A stretch of DNA of 64,000 nt, from contig CM052816.1 in NCBI GenBank assembly GCA_028534125.1, forward strand, positions 80,912,001-80,976,000, given 5' to 3'. Each line of letters begins with the position of its first letter. Position 1 is the first letter of the stretch. The notes beneath the pieces were generated by a model. The model saw only the letters and a list, made by a program, of their open reading frames with translations. It ran no database searches and was not told the origin of the DNA. Shown here in pieces: positions 24,020 through 36,749 of this stretch. The translations under genes were made by a program, and so were the position numbers. This DNA comes from Lama glama. Lineage: Eukaryota.

Positions 24020-26986
24020 CGTTGTGATGGAAAGAGCAAAGGCTTTGGAATCAGCCAGTTCCTTGGTTGCCGTTCCATTTCCAGCACTTTATTCATTCAT
24101 TTGAAAATATTTGAACAGCTAATAAAAAATAAAATCTCTAATACACACTGGTACATTTGATATATGGGAAGTATTATTATAGTAATAATAATGTCTACTA
24201 GTAAAAGTGTCTCATGAATGGCACTATATACATATAGACAACAAATATATTAATTTAATAAGATTGCATTTTAAGTGCTTTGTTATGCTTCAAGCTTAAG
24301 TTATATATGCTGTATTCATATGATGACAAAGCCAAATAGACATATCCAACCCACCTTTGAGCCTTTTAACACTTTGTACTTCCCCTACAGTGATTATTTT
24401 AATTCCACTTTAGATTGTATACATATTGTCTTTATCATTGCATGAAAAATATTATCTTCCTTGCTGCATGCTAAACTCTAAACTTTTTAAGAACAGAAAA
24501 TGTTCTCTTACTCATCCTGGCATCCTTCTCTTAGCATGGTGCATCTCTATCTATGATGCTAGCATGCAGCCTGTTTTCTGAATCTAGTTACTTTGGCCAT
24601 ATTTGGGAGACAATTAAGAACAGTGTATTCAAGGAATTATCGATTTTATATCCATATGGAATGTGTGTGTTTGCACGTGCATGCACATGTGCATGATCTG
24701 TGTGTGTGTGTCTGTACATGTGTCTGGAAAGAGAGGTTTTCTGTTAAAGGAAATCGTACTTAGTTTAGTCTGTTCCTTGGCTTATAGTCTCTTGCAGTAG
24801 GCATTTTCCTGAGGGTTGTCTGTCAGAAGACTGATCTTGTGGGTGGTCTGCCATACTGAATTTTGGATCTAAGATCTCAGCTCCAAGGCCCTCATTCTCG
24901 ATAATGCCAGCAGACTGTACACTCCATCAACGCCTAATTACTTCCTAGTAGTTTGAACCCACAATCTTTTTTGGTTTGGTACCAGAATCAACTTCAGAAG
25001 ATGTTGAAGAAAGAATGTCTGGAATTGGGAACCTCAGTATGTGACTTTATTTTGGGAGGTGATTGGTCAGAAGAACATTTGTTATCCACAGTGTGTTTAC
25101 GGAGGACAACTTTGAGAAGAAGAGACTTTCTGACCTCATGACAACCACTGAGGCCCACTGAAACTTCTGCCCTAATTGCTTGTTGCCTTACTATTTTAGC
25201 AAGAATTTGAGGTGGAAACTTGTGAATTAAAAAGGTACAGTCCTTTAACTGTCAACTGGCTGTACTTCTAGGCAAACTGCCCCCATCTGCACTTGCAGCT
25301 GAAGCCCCCACAAAGCTGAATCCATGACACATTCAAACTAACTTAGAGGAAAACTTGAAATAAGAGTAGAGAATGTTTAGCCAAATGTTTCTTTTTAAGT
25401 GATGAAATACAAGAGTGTCCTAGTTTTTGTCTTTCTCCAATAAATATAGAGGCATGTGGAACATGCTATAAAAATGGTTAATTGAGATTAAGAACTATAA
25501 ATGGGCTTAAATTATTTTGTCCTCCTATGAAAAGGAAATCACTCTTAACAAATTTAACATCCTAATTAACCATCACAACTCTCACAACACCCACAAAAAT
25601 AAGAGCCATGTAAATCCACGTGGTAGACAGAAGCAGAAAAGTGGTGATGTATAGATGACACCTTTCTCCTTCCCTTAAGGCTCTTAAGGAAACAGAGGGA
25701 CTGACTAGCATTCTGACAATAAATATTATTTATCTTCTTAAAATTATGCTTGGGGGAGGGTATGCATCACCTTCCTTCACATTTAGCATTGATTTTGATG
25801 ATTTGGAATGGAAACCTTCCCCTTTGACTGGGGGAAATTTCACTGGCCTCCCACCTAAATCAGTAAGAGATACTATGTAGTTCTCAGCAGTCCCTACCAA
25901 GAAATTTACTAGCGTGATTGATCCACTTGGCACTAATCTTCCCTTTTCTCTGCCCTGTGATCGAGGTTAGGATGGGGCAGTGCCTGAAAAGCTGTAGAAC
26001 CAGTGAGCTGATTTCCACTGTAAGATTTCTTTTTTCTAATGGGGGTTACAAGCTTAGCTTCTTACTGTTTGTTGTGAAGCCAAAATGCAGCTGACCCAAA
26101 GGGATTCTAATAGCACATCCTGGGAAGGCCGACCAGCCAAAAACATCATTGGATGTTCATTTTGTTCCCCAATTTAGGGAGAGAAAAGAAGATCACACCT
26201 TATATGTAATGCCATAAATGTGCTTTTTTTGGTCGATTATGAACAGCTTGCATTCGATTTTAACACGTTGATATTTGACTTTCAGGGGTGAGATTTTTAT
26301 AATCATCCAATCATCTGGTGTGCTTCCAGTGTAATCATCATTTAATTAGGGTATAAAAACTTAATGAAGGCAACATGGAAAGTATTAATATTAATATATA
26401 ACATTTATTGAATGTCAGCACTGCCCTAGGAATTGAAGAAAGCACAAAATTAGAGTTAGCATACATATGCCAGTTTTTTAAAAGCAATTATTAAAAAAAA
26501 AAAAAGACCTAAGAGGTGTCTTTATAACCATTGTAGAATGAAACCTAAAAGATACGGTTAATCCTTTTTACCAAAATTCATTATCATTGATCTATTTTCA
26601 TAGTGCCGGCTTAGAAATACTACTTTCACTATCTTAACAACTGTGCCGGAATGAACTTGAATAACTAAATCTTCCTGTCAAATAAGCAGTGGGGTTAGGG
26701 GGGATGGATGAATGACCGTAGCAAAAACTAATCTTATCTTAAGAGCCAACTGAAAGAGAGATTGTGTCTCATCCCAGTCAGTCTTTTGGCAAGAGTCACT
26801 GTGGGCTGCTGCTTCTCCTGTTCCCTACGAGAAGCAGACTGTGAGCATCAGGTTTAGAATCCTACAGTGATTCACTGGCCATGTATTCACAAAGACGGAA
26901 GCCAGTATCTATTCTTGAAAATACTTTCTGTGCTTTCAAAGTATCATCCTATCTTCCTTTTCCCATTTGTGACTAAATTTACCAAA

Positions 26987-27073
26987 AGAAGAAGGTGAAG
27001 GAGGAGGAGACGGAGGAGGAGGAGGTGATGGAGGAGGAGGAGGAGATGGAGGAGGAGGAGGAGGAGGAGATGG
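26987..27073 (+). repeat. (GGA)n purine-rich simple repeat
   Basis: Imperfect GGA run seen directly; it explains the poly-Leu ORF 26944-27144. Confidence 0.95.
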
Positions 27074-27109
27074 CACAGAAGGGAGTCTACATGTGCTACC
27101 TGCTTTTCT

Positions 27110-27965
27110 TCACTGCTCACTCTTCTTACTTTCCAACTTGACATCCACTACCACCACTCAGCATAAACTGTTCTCTCAAAGATCTCTTGTAACCTCTACC
27201 AAATTGAAAGGCTTTTACTCAGTCCTTGTTTTCGTGCAAAATATGGAACAGGTGACACTGTTGAAAAGCCCCTTTTATAAATTTCTTTTTCCAAGGCTTT
27301 GTGGCACTCCTTTCTCCTGGGATCCCCTGCCATCTTCTTTTAATATCCTCTACTACCTCCTTATCTTTTTCTACCCCCTAAAATGGAGGCATTTCCATAA
27401 ATTCTCTTCTTGACAGCTTATTTTATTTCTCCTTGAGAACTCCCTTAATTATTGAACTCTCTGCATGAATTTAGCTCTGAAGTCTAGCCCACTGCCTCAG
27501 TGTCCTTCTCTCCTACTGTTCCCTCCCTGTCCCTCTGCTCCAGCTGTCTTAGTCTTCTTGGCATTCTTTGTGTTTGCCAAGGTAACCCTCATCTCAGGGG
27601 TTTTTTCATGTGATGCTTTCTGTGCTTGCACTTCTCTTCCCCAAGTATCTGAATGGCTTGTTTCCTCATTTTAGGTCTCTGCTCAAATGTTAACTTGTAA
27701 GCAAGGCTTTCCCAGCTCACCCCATGTTAAATAGGAATTCCAATTTTCCACACTCACTTTTCTTTCTCAGGTTTCTCTGTGTTCCTTCACATCACCAGAT
27801 ACTTATTATGTATTTTTGTTCACTTATTATCTGCCTCCCCATCCTATAATATGTGCTTCATAAAGGCAGAGATGTCTATCTGGTTTGTTCACTGTTAAGT
27901 TCTCGGTGCTTGGAGTTGTGCCTGGCACATAGTAAGCACTCAATAAATATTTGTTGCATGAATGC
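27110..27965 (+). mobile_element. L2 (L2a-like) 3' portion
   Basis: taggtctctgctcaaatgttaac...ggcagagatg...gttcactg...gtgcctggcacatagtaagcactcaataaatatttgttgcatgaatg. Confidence 0.88.
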
Positions 27966-29284
27966 TTAGAGTTACAAAGAAGTCAAAACTGTTCATGATG
28001 GCAGACTTTCTAAATATCACTCTCATTCGTCTCACCTATGGGTTGATGGCAGTGGGGCATCTTCTTGGGTCACCTTTCAGCCATGATATGAGAATTTGTG
28101 TAGAAGTTATTTATGAAGACACTTCTCACAGGGGCTCCTTCTTTCTCCTCTAGAAATGATGCTGGAGAAGACAGAAATAATTAGGCAGAATATAGTCCTG
28201 AATCTGACTCCAGTGCTTTTGCTTAGAAAGCCCCTCACAGGTGAGAAAAATCTGTCATACATCAGCTTCACAATAGTCTTGAGTTTAGCTGAATTAATCA
28301 CTTTGTCATCAACAATTTGTTTGAATCATACTGATACGGCCAAACACAGCTCATTGAGAAAGTCAGAAATGTGAGGAAGCCAATTAAGATTTTTAAAGTC
28401 GATGGTCTTGGCAGGTCATCTTACCAGTAACCAAAGGATATGCCACTATGAAATTCAAAGGTTCTTATTATTTAGATTTCTCAATATATTCACATTGGAC
28501 TCTTGCTAAGACTAGAATATGGTCTCCCCGTTATTTTTTTCTGCCCATAGGCCCATAAATCCCATTAAATTTTTAAAAGTCCTCATAAAAATGTTCTGTC
28601 AAAAGTCTTTTTGTTAACAAAACTGTTTTTTTCTTTCACAACCTAAAAATGTGTCGTTGTAAAACTCAGAACTGTCTGAAGTCTGGTTAATTCACAGAAC
28701 ATTAGCATGCTTTCAAGAAAGCAAATATCTCAGTGAGTTCAAAGTAAAATGTTTGGGCACAAAAGTATATAGCCATTTCAGAAAGGCTTTATTTTAAGAT
28801 ACTTCCTTTAAGGAATATTTGTCTAGACATGTCTTCCTTGTCTCATATGAAATTGATAGCTTAAAAAGAACTCTCTGAAAGTTTCCAAATGCAAACTTCA
28901 AAATTGTTGAATAACTTAATAAGGATGCATTTCATTCCTGGCTTACCAAATATGGTTTTGACAATGCTTCCAACAGTCAAGATGGTTTCTATAATGGAGA
29001 ATGCCATATTATCTAATAATAATGCCACCCTAAAGGAGATCTGTAAATGCTCTTTAAGAAAACTGCACAGAACATCTATTTAGTATTGAAAAAATAAGTT
29101 CATGCAAATGTCCTATGAGATCATTTAAAGGGCAGAAAAAGGCTTTATAACACAGAAAAAGCCATAAGTCAAAGAAAAATCTGAGCCTCTTCTCTGTTAT
29201 CAAAGAGACCTGTTCACTTGAACAAGAATTGGGTGAAATAGAGTTGGTCTTTATGAAATGGGCACACACTTGATGGGTAAGATA

Positions 29285-29492
29285 GACTCACTGAGACTAC
29301 GCACGGTATGTGTGTCTCAGACACTTTTGCACATCTTGTCTTATTCAGTCCTCAAAAACAACCTGTTAGATAGGTATAGTTATCTCTGTATTACTGACAA
29401 GAAAATTCTGATTCTAAGAGATTCAGAGATGTATTGCCAAGTTGGAATTTGAACCCAGGTCTTGTGACTCCATGGCCAATATTCTTTCCACT
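29285..29492 (-). mobile_element. MIR SINE
   Basis: cactgagactac...ttattcagtcctcaaaaacaacctg...ggaatttgaacccaggtcttgtgactcc. Confidence 0.75.
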
Positions 29493-29629
29493 AAATCACA
29501 CAATCCCATAGGTCTGTCCAATCATCTGAGGCAGAAATGGTATTCACAATCCCTTGGTCAAAAAATATTAGCAATGTCACAGATTGAGGTACTCTACCCA
29601 GAAACTTCCCACATAAATGTTTACATTTT

Positions 29630-30088
29630 GTGTGCCTGTTCCAGATCCTATGGCTATACAACAAATTACCCCACAATTCAGTGGCAGAAAACAACTGTTT
29701 ATTATGCCCACAGATTCTGCAGGTCAGGAGTTTGAACAAGGCATCCAGGGGCAGAATAGCCTCAGCCCATGATATCTGGGGCATCAGCCAGAAGGCTGAA
29801 GGACAGTCATCAGAATTCCACCTCGTTCATGTATCTGTACGTTGAGGCTGACTTAGCTGGGGCTGTGAGACAGACGTCTCCATGTGGTCTGGGCTCCCTC
29901 ATTACCTGGAACCTGAGTTCTAAGGGCAAGACCAGCCCAAGAGAAGGAGTCAGAATCAAGCATGTGTAACAGCTTTTTGAATGTAGTGAGTCATTAGGGC
30001 AAGCCCACATTTGAGGGAAGGAGAATTGGGTTCCCTTTTGTGGGAACAGTGTTGAAGAATTTGTGCAGATCTTTTAAAATTACCACAG
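29630..30088 (-). mobile_element. MaLR LTR (older MLT1 subfamily)
   Basis: acaaattaccccacaattcagtggc...cacagattctgcaggtcaggagtttg...aagaatttgtgcagatcttttaaaattaccaca. Confidence 0.8.
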
Positions 30089-30415
30089 TGCCCCTCCCCT
30101 GGCTTTGGAGTGTCTTTGCTTGCTAGAGTTGGCCTCTGTGACTCTTCCTTAAGGACTACCCTCAAGTTGAGCCACTTTGTTCCCCAGCCAGAATCTCCTG
30201 GGAGTTGACACCGGGAAGCCTTTTTTTTTTTTTTCACAGAATGGAACATAACTCACATTCTAACCCCGAGGGACTAAAATGAAGCTACCCTCCGCAGACT
30301 TTGACAGCCTTGCTTGGTTTCTTTTCCTTCCTTGTCTTCTAGGAGGACTTCCTTAATACATTTTTGTACACAAATTTTAATCTCATAGCCCTCTACTGGG
30401 AACTCGACCTATGAC
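30089..30415 (+). mobile_element. ERV-L class LTR fragment (LTR16-like)
   Basis: The end, ...cttccttaatac...cacaaattttaatctc...ctactgggaactcgacctatgac, resembles LTR16 3' termini. Confidence 0.5.
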
Positions 30416-31834
30416 CAGGATGACCAACACATCTGCAAAATGATTCTGACTCATAAGAGCACATTCTGATAGTGCTATCTTTGCTGTCCCTCGTCTGCCC
30501 CCAACATGTGGTACATGTTGGTTTATTCTAAAGGGTTTTGCCAAGATTTATTAGTTCACAGATTTTGACCATCACAAAATAGTAGGAAATACCCCATATT
30601 TTAAACATCTAAACCTCTTTCAATGTTGAGAGGTTCAAAGTGTACTTTTATTAAACTTCATTCTCTAGTTAATTTCTTAAAGGCATATTCTCTTTGTAGC
30701 AGAACTTCAGGTTTCTCTAAGGAATTAATTGGCATTTTCCCAGTAGTTGTATTTATGTAAATTACTGTGCATTAAAGCAGAGAAAATATATTCACTAGAG
30801 TTTCCTTTGGAAAAGGCAGTGGATGTGGTAATATGGATTACAGGTACTATCACAAAAAGCAGAGATGCAGTCATATGCAGTGAACAAGTACTTATGGAAG
30901 GAACAGCATGAAAAAGGGAGAGAGAACAGAAGAAAAAGGGGAAGTAAAGGAGAGGGAGAGAAAGTGAAGAGGAGAGTGAAGAGAGACAAGAGGAAAAGGA
31001 GGGTGGACAGAAAGAGGGTGGCAGGATGTTTTTCAGTGTGGTTCCTTCACAGTGATCCCAAAATTCTTCATTAAATTTTCAATAATGTGGTTGATGCATT
31101 TGGGTTTCCTGCAGAAGCAGGAATGGAGAAAAGTTTTGTGTCAAGTTGATACAAGATGCTAACCCTAACTGACCAGCATGGATCTGGAGTGAAAACAAAA
31201 GACCCACTCGATGTTTTCAGATATTTACAGAGGTCATTGGGAGGCCACTGGGCATTCCAGGTTCTGAAATTGGGAATTTGAACCACTCTGTAAAGGTCAG
31301 GGCAGTCCCAAGTGACATCTGGGTTAAATTTGCTTTTTCTCAGTGAAGGGATGAGAGCAAAATGTCTTGTCATTACTGGAACTTCTACAGAGTGGCCTGG
31401 CATGATGGTAAACTTTCTAGTCTGCTCTATGAAGATGGTTCAGTTTGGATGTCTCTCAGGATAGTTGCCTTCAAATGTTTTATTTAGTGGGAACCATAGC
31501 AACTCACAATTTCTATTTAAAACAGTACTTATGATGAAATGAATAAGTCTTCCCAAATGAAATTTTCAAGAATCATTTCACTACTAGATGACAGCATTGT
31601 AGTATATAGATTGATAATTTCTTATTTTCAGAAATATCTAGAAGGCAGATTAAATGATCTTACTTTGCCAATTTTTTAAAGTGAAATTTAGTTTTCACTT
31701 GCCAATGATTCCAAAACAAACTCCTAGACACCATAAACCCTGAGCTGCCAGTACTTCATACTTCTAACAGCAATGTAGAAGCAGTGCGGAATTAAAGGTT
31801 AGATTTGGAGACATTCACTGTGGTGATACTGGAC

Positions 31835-32135
31835 CTGCCAGTCAGGAAACAAATGACACACAAAAGGGTTGTGTTGAATAAATTTTGGATGAGACTATTT
31901 ACGGAGGTGTGAGCAGAGCCAGGGCAACTGACGAGGTATGAAGAAGCACTAAGGGACCATTAACAGCAAGAAACCATTGTCATTACCAGGCCTGAAGAGG
32001 CAAGGAGAAAGAACGGTTCTACAATTAGAGGCAGCTGAGAACTGGAACTGTAGAAAAAGGGCCACCTGAGAGAAACTATGGCCTTAGGGGCACAGCAACT
32101 ACCAGACCAGTAGTAAGACAGGGAGACAAAGGACT
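31835..32135. mobile_element. Old LTR fragment, family uncertain
   Basis: ccagtcaggaaacaaatgacacac...gactatttacggaggtgtgagcagagccagggcaac resembles ancient ERV-L-class LTR ends. Confidence 0.45.
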
Positions 32136-32344
32136 AATTTCTTAAATATACAAGGAAAGATAAGCAGCCTAACTAGATAATTAACAAAGGATATGAATAG
32201 AGAATCTGTAATAAAATACCTGTAATCATTTGGAAAATTGGTTAATTTTATTTGTAATGAAATAAATGCAAAAAATTTAAAGATGCCCCAAAGATAAAAA
32301 GATTAAAAATATACAAATAAAATAAATGAAGTCTCAGTGTTTTG

Positions 32345-34070
32345 TGGGGAAAGTATGAGGGGTCTATCATAGTTGTAATATGAATCACAGAAGCAGGGTC
32401 AGAGTGAACTAAAAAACATTTAGAGAAATAATGGCCTCCAGTTTGCCACATTTGATACAAACTATAAGCTGACAGAACAAAGAATCTCAACAAGTCCCAA
32501 GCAGGATTAAATACCCAGAAAATCATACAAAAGCAAATCATAAATTGCTGAAAACAAGCACTGAAGTTAAAAATTGTAAAGCAATTAAAGGAAAAAAATA
32601 ACATAAAGAGGAACAAAGAGAACAGAGAGAGGACCGAAGGTAAGAACTTGAACTGTTGTCAGAACTATGTAAGCCCAAAGCATATAGAAAGGTTCTTTTA
32701 AGTAGTTCAAAGAAAAAAAGTCTATCATACAGAATTCTATATCTAAGCAAAAATATCCTTTTAAACTAAAGAAAAAAAGTAAAAACTTTTTCAAACTTAA
32801 AGAAAAAAGCAGTACCTGAGCAAATTCATTATCAGAGGACTTACACTACCTGAAATGCTAAAAAATGTTCCTCAGGTAGGAGGAAAGTGATATCGAATAG
32901 AAATTTTTATCTACAAAAAGGAATGAAAAATGCCAGGAATAGTAAAAAAACAAATGTGGGTAAATGTAAGAAAGTTTTATTTAGAATTTGAAATTTTTTA
33001 AAAAGGTAATTGATTCAAGCAAAATAATAATTAGTATGAGGTTTTATGTATATCTATATGTGTATATATATAAAAAATACATATAAAAGCAACATGGATG
33101 ACAACAATACCGAAAGGGTGAGGAATATTGAGGTGTACTGCTGTGAAGTCTTACACATTATGTGGTACATTGTTTGAAGGTAGAGTGTGATAAGTAAAGA
33201 AAAAAAAATCATATTGTAAAACTAAAGAAATGACTAAAGAAGAAACAATGAGGCCTAGCTAACAAGCCAATAGTAAAGATAAAACTGAATTCTATAAAAT
33301 ATTTAAAATTTTTTAAAAAGTAGGAAAAGAGGAAAAATTGGAAAAAATAGAAAATAAAAAGAAAAATGGTAGTTTTAAGTCCAACAACATTGATAGTTAT
33401 ATTAAAATGAAATGGCCTAACCACTCCAAGTAAAAGGCAGTGGTTGTCAGTATGGATAAAACAGCAAGATTTCATCATATCTGTCTACAAGTAAACCACT
33501 TCTAACATGAGGTCAGAGATAAATTTAAAACAAAATGATAGAAAAATAGATACATGAACAAGTAGTTGAAAGGAAGCTTAAGTGACTATATAAATATTAG
33601 ACAACAGATTTCAAATAAGGTATGTTATCAGAGATAAAGAGGGATATTTCACAATGATAAATGGCTCAATTCAAAATGAGGAAAGAAAACGTAATAATCC
33701 TACATGTGTATGTTTCCCATAACAGAGCTTCAAAATTCATGAGGCAAAACTAACAAAACTGAAAGGAGAAGTAAAATAAATCTGTAATTTTAGCTGTAAG
33801 TTTCAACTTTTCTTTCTCAGCAATTATTCAAACATACATACATGAAATGAGTAAGATTATAAAGATGTGAACAACACTGTCAACCAGCTTGAGCTATTTC
33901 ACACTTACAGACATTCTACAGACCAACAATTGTTTCATGTTTATATGGTCCATATTCTGGGGCATAAAACAAAACTCAACAAATTTAAAATGACGGAAAT
34001 CAAACAAAGTGTAGCCTGTGACATAACAAAGTTAAATTAGAAATCACTAATGGAAAGATATTTGGGAAAA
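32345..34070 (+). mobile_element. Old L1: ORF1 3' part, inter-ORF region, ORF2 endonuclease domain (degenerate)
   Basis: gaaataatggc...aagaatctcaacaagtcccaagcaggattaaatac (ORF1); aaatggcctaaccactccaagtaaaaggcag...tgtctacaag...cataacagagcttcaaaattcatgaggcaaaact (EN). Confidence 0.85.
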
Positions 34071-35619
34071 CAGCATCTTGGAGGAATCAGCATAGTTACT
34101 AAGGCACTTAGTTTAGAAAAAACATTCCTACCAAAGTGTCAGGTAGATAAAAGGGTAATAAAGTCAATTCAAGAGAATCTAAAATTATTTTGAGCAGTTC
34201 ATAATGTTCCTGATCAGGTAGTTTTCCTACACACTTGTATTCATCTTTTCCCATTCAGTAAATGAAAATGCCAATTTAAGGGAAAGATGCGTTTGCCATA
34301 TAATTTTTACTATTTTGAAAGACTTTGGAATTTGCAGAGTTTCATTCATTTCAGCAGAAAAACAGCCACTTGTGGGAGTTGGTGGGGGGAAGGGAGGAAA
34401 TCAGGATGAGTTTTCTGTACCTCTGTAAAAGGTAAATATTATATTATTAAAGGAGGATATTTTAGAAATACCAAGAATTCCATCTTGGAGCAGATAACCG
34501 TTCATATGAACATTAATACCAAAAGTTCAGATGCTAAAATCTCTTGTGGGCTTTAGTAAGAAACAACTATATCAGAAACTGAAAGTTTGAGAAGTTGAAG
34601 TTGCAATTATACACAGTAATAGAATGGGATATGTCTAAGGAAACTGATTAAAGTATCTTAATTGAATTGAGAATAATTATTCTACTCGTGTGATTTTTTA
34701 TGTTCAGATAATCGATAGAAAGATTTGCTTTATTTGCTTTATTGTACATGAATATGTTATTTTCATTTTTTGGAGCTAGAACTTTGATTTTGGAAATAGT
34801 TTTAGATCAGAACCATTTTGTAGTTCTGTCAATTAAATAAAATTTATTTTTCAGTCAATAAATATTTCAAAATTTGTAGAATTTTAATAGTATTAGCAAC
34901 CCCTTTTTCTCTTAAGTGTGTCCTAGCTTGAGAGAGAAATTTATATAGTCACCCTAGTAATGCTCAAAATAATTTAAACTATATTGTAAGTAAGTGATAT
35001 AATAATTTTTATGCTTTCAAAAAGAAAGTTAACAGTAAAGTAGCTTAAAAATATTTTCCTAAAAACATAAACATATCTAGTAGATCCACAGTATCTTATT
35101 GTATAAGGTATCCAAAATACTTTATGCATGTAGGAATTCTGAAGTCATACATGTGTTTGGAGGTAGGAGTCTGTTCCATACTAATCATGATATAGAAGCT
35201 CTAAAATGCAATAGCTCTAGCTGTATACCATGGTCAGAACAAGGAGAATGGAAGGTACATTCTAGGTTTCCTCCTGAATCTGTGACTGGAGGCCCAAGGT
35301 TACAGGTGGAGAAAGGCCCCCCCCTTTTCCATTTTCTCCTGCATTCAATGTCTGTTTATATGTTAATTTCACTTCTGAGGCGCCAAGTCTGTTAGAAACT
35401 TAGAATTTTAAGTTATTTTAGGACTTTCTTCCCTAACAACACAATATACAGTACTTCTATACAATGTTGTCCTGGGTTTCATGTTCATTTCAACCTAGTG
35501 GAATCCAAGTGAGTTAAAAATAGTTCATAAGTTTAAAAGAAATGAGAGATTCCTATAGCATTGGAAAAAAGCAACATCAACAATTCTAATAATATTCTAA
35601 AGTTGGTATGTTGGTTATT

Positions 35620-35815
35620 TTCTATTTGCCAGCATCCTTCCTCCTCTAATTTCCCTACTTCTTCTGCCGTGCTCTGGGCTGGGAAACTGACCTCTGTCAT
35701 AGTCACCTAGGATCCCTTATTCTCTGGCTTTCTTTTAGGTTCTACCAATGAGCAGCACTGAACACACTCTTAGAAAAAGGTTGGGATATTCATTCCTCTT
35801 GTTCTCTCCCTGTCT
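35620..35815 (+). mobile_element. LTR33-like fragment
   Basis: ggaaactgacctctg...cccttattctctggctttcttttaggttctaccaatgag; similar to 43485-43560. Confidence 0.5.
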
Positions 35816-36749
35816 TGAAGGAAATGCCTTAATAAATTTCCTTGGAGATAACTGAGTCAATGCAGAGTGCCAAGACATCAGAAAAGAGGGTTCCTCCTGT
35901 ATAACACAGAAGATTTTGGGCTTTGAGGGGGAGAATTCAATTTGACAGGAGTTGAATAGAAGCCATTTACATTGATGGGATGTAAATCTTACTGCTGCAT
36001 GCTATTCTTCTAATTTTAAAGTCTGCCAGGTATACTAATTTTTGGTGTGACTGATTTCAGCTGTAGAAATTGAAGAGGGGTTGAGTATCAAAGTGAGATC
36101 AATATGCTGCAGGAAAAAAGGTATTACTCAAAGATACAGGGCCCAGAAACAAAAGGTCATAGAATGTAGATCCCAGGTATTATACAATCTCGGCAAGGGT
36201 TTAGATTTTCTTGGAGTATGAAAGTAAAGGGTTAAGGCAATCTTAAGAGTATCTCAGAGGTTGATGAAATTCAACCAACATCTGAGTTTTTGATCATTTT
36301 CTTAAATCTCCCCACCCCATATGCAAAACAAATCCCAAGTCATTTCATAGTATTTACTTAGCAGAAATTTGATTTATAGATTAATTTGTGTGAATTGACA
36401 TCTTCACAATATTGACTTTTCTTTCTTAAACAAGGCACATACTTTTATTAATTAAAGAAGAAGAATGAAGTGTTTTAAAATTTTCTTCTTTCAGAAGAAA
36501 TTTACTGGGCATTTTCTCTCATAGTTGACACTGTGAAAGGCATATTTCCTCTGTATTTTCTGTTATTGTTTAAATGTGGGAGAACTGCTAATTTTGGATT
36601 AATTTTATAAACAATTTTTCCTGTATCATAGCATTGCCCTTAAACTTTGCCACAGCACAACATATGTAGTAAAAAAAAAGTCAACTGCATACAATGTGAG
36701 ATCATATTATTGTGAGATTGATGAAATAACTGAGGTGGGTCTATATAAA

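Noticed and set aside
26944..27144. Poly-Leu signal-peptide-like ORF
   Set aside because: It is simply the antisense translation of the (GGA)n repeat.
30895..31020. Purine-rich tract giving a basic K/R/E-rich ORF (30865-31074)
   Set aside because: Low-complexity GA-rich DNA, common in mammals.
31071..31403. 110-aa ATG ORF in unique sequence
   Set aside because: No recognisable protein similarity or exon structure; this length is attainable by chance in 64 kb.
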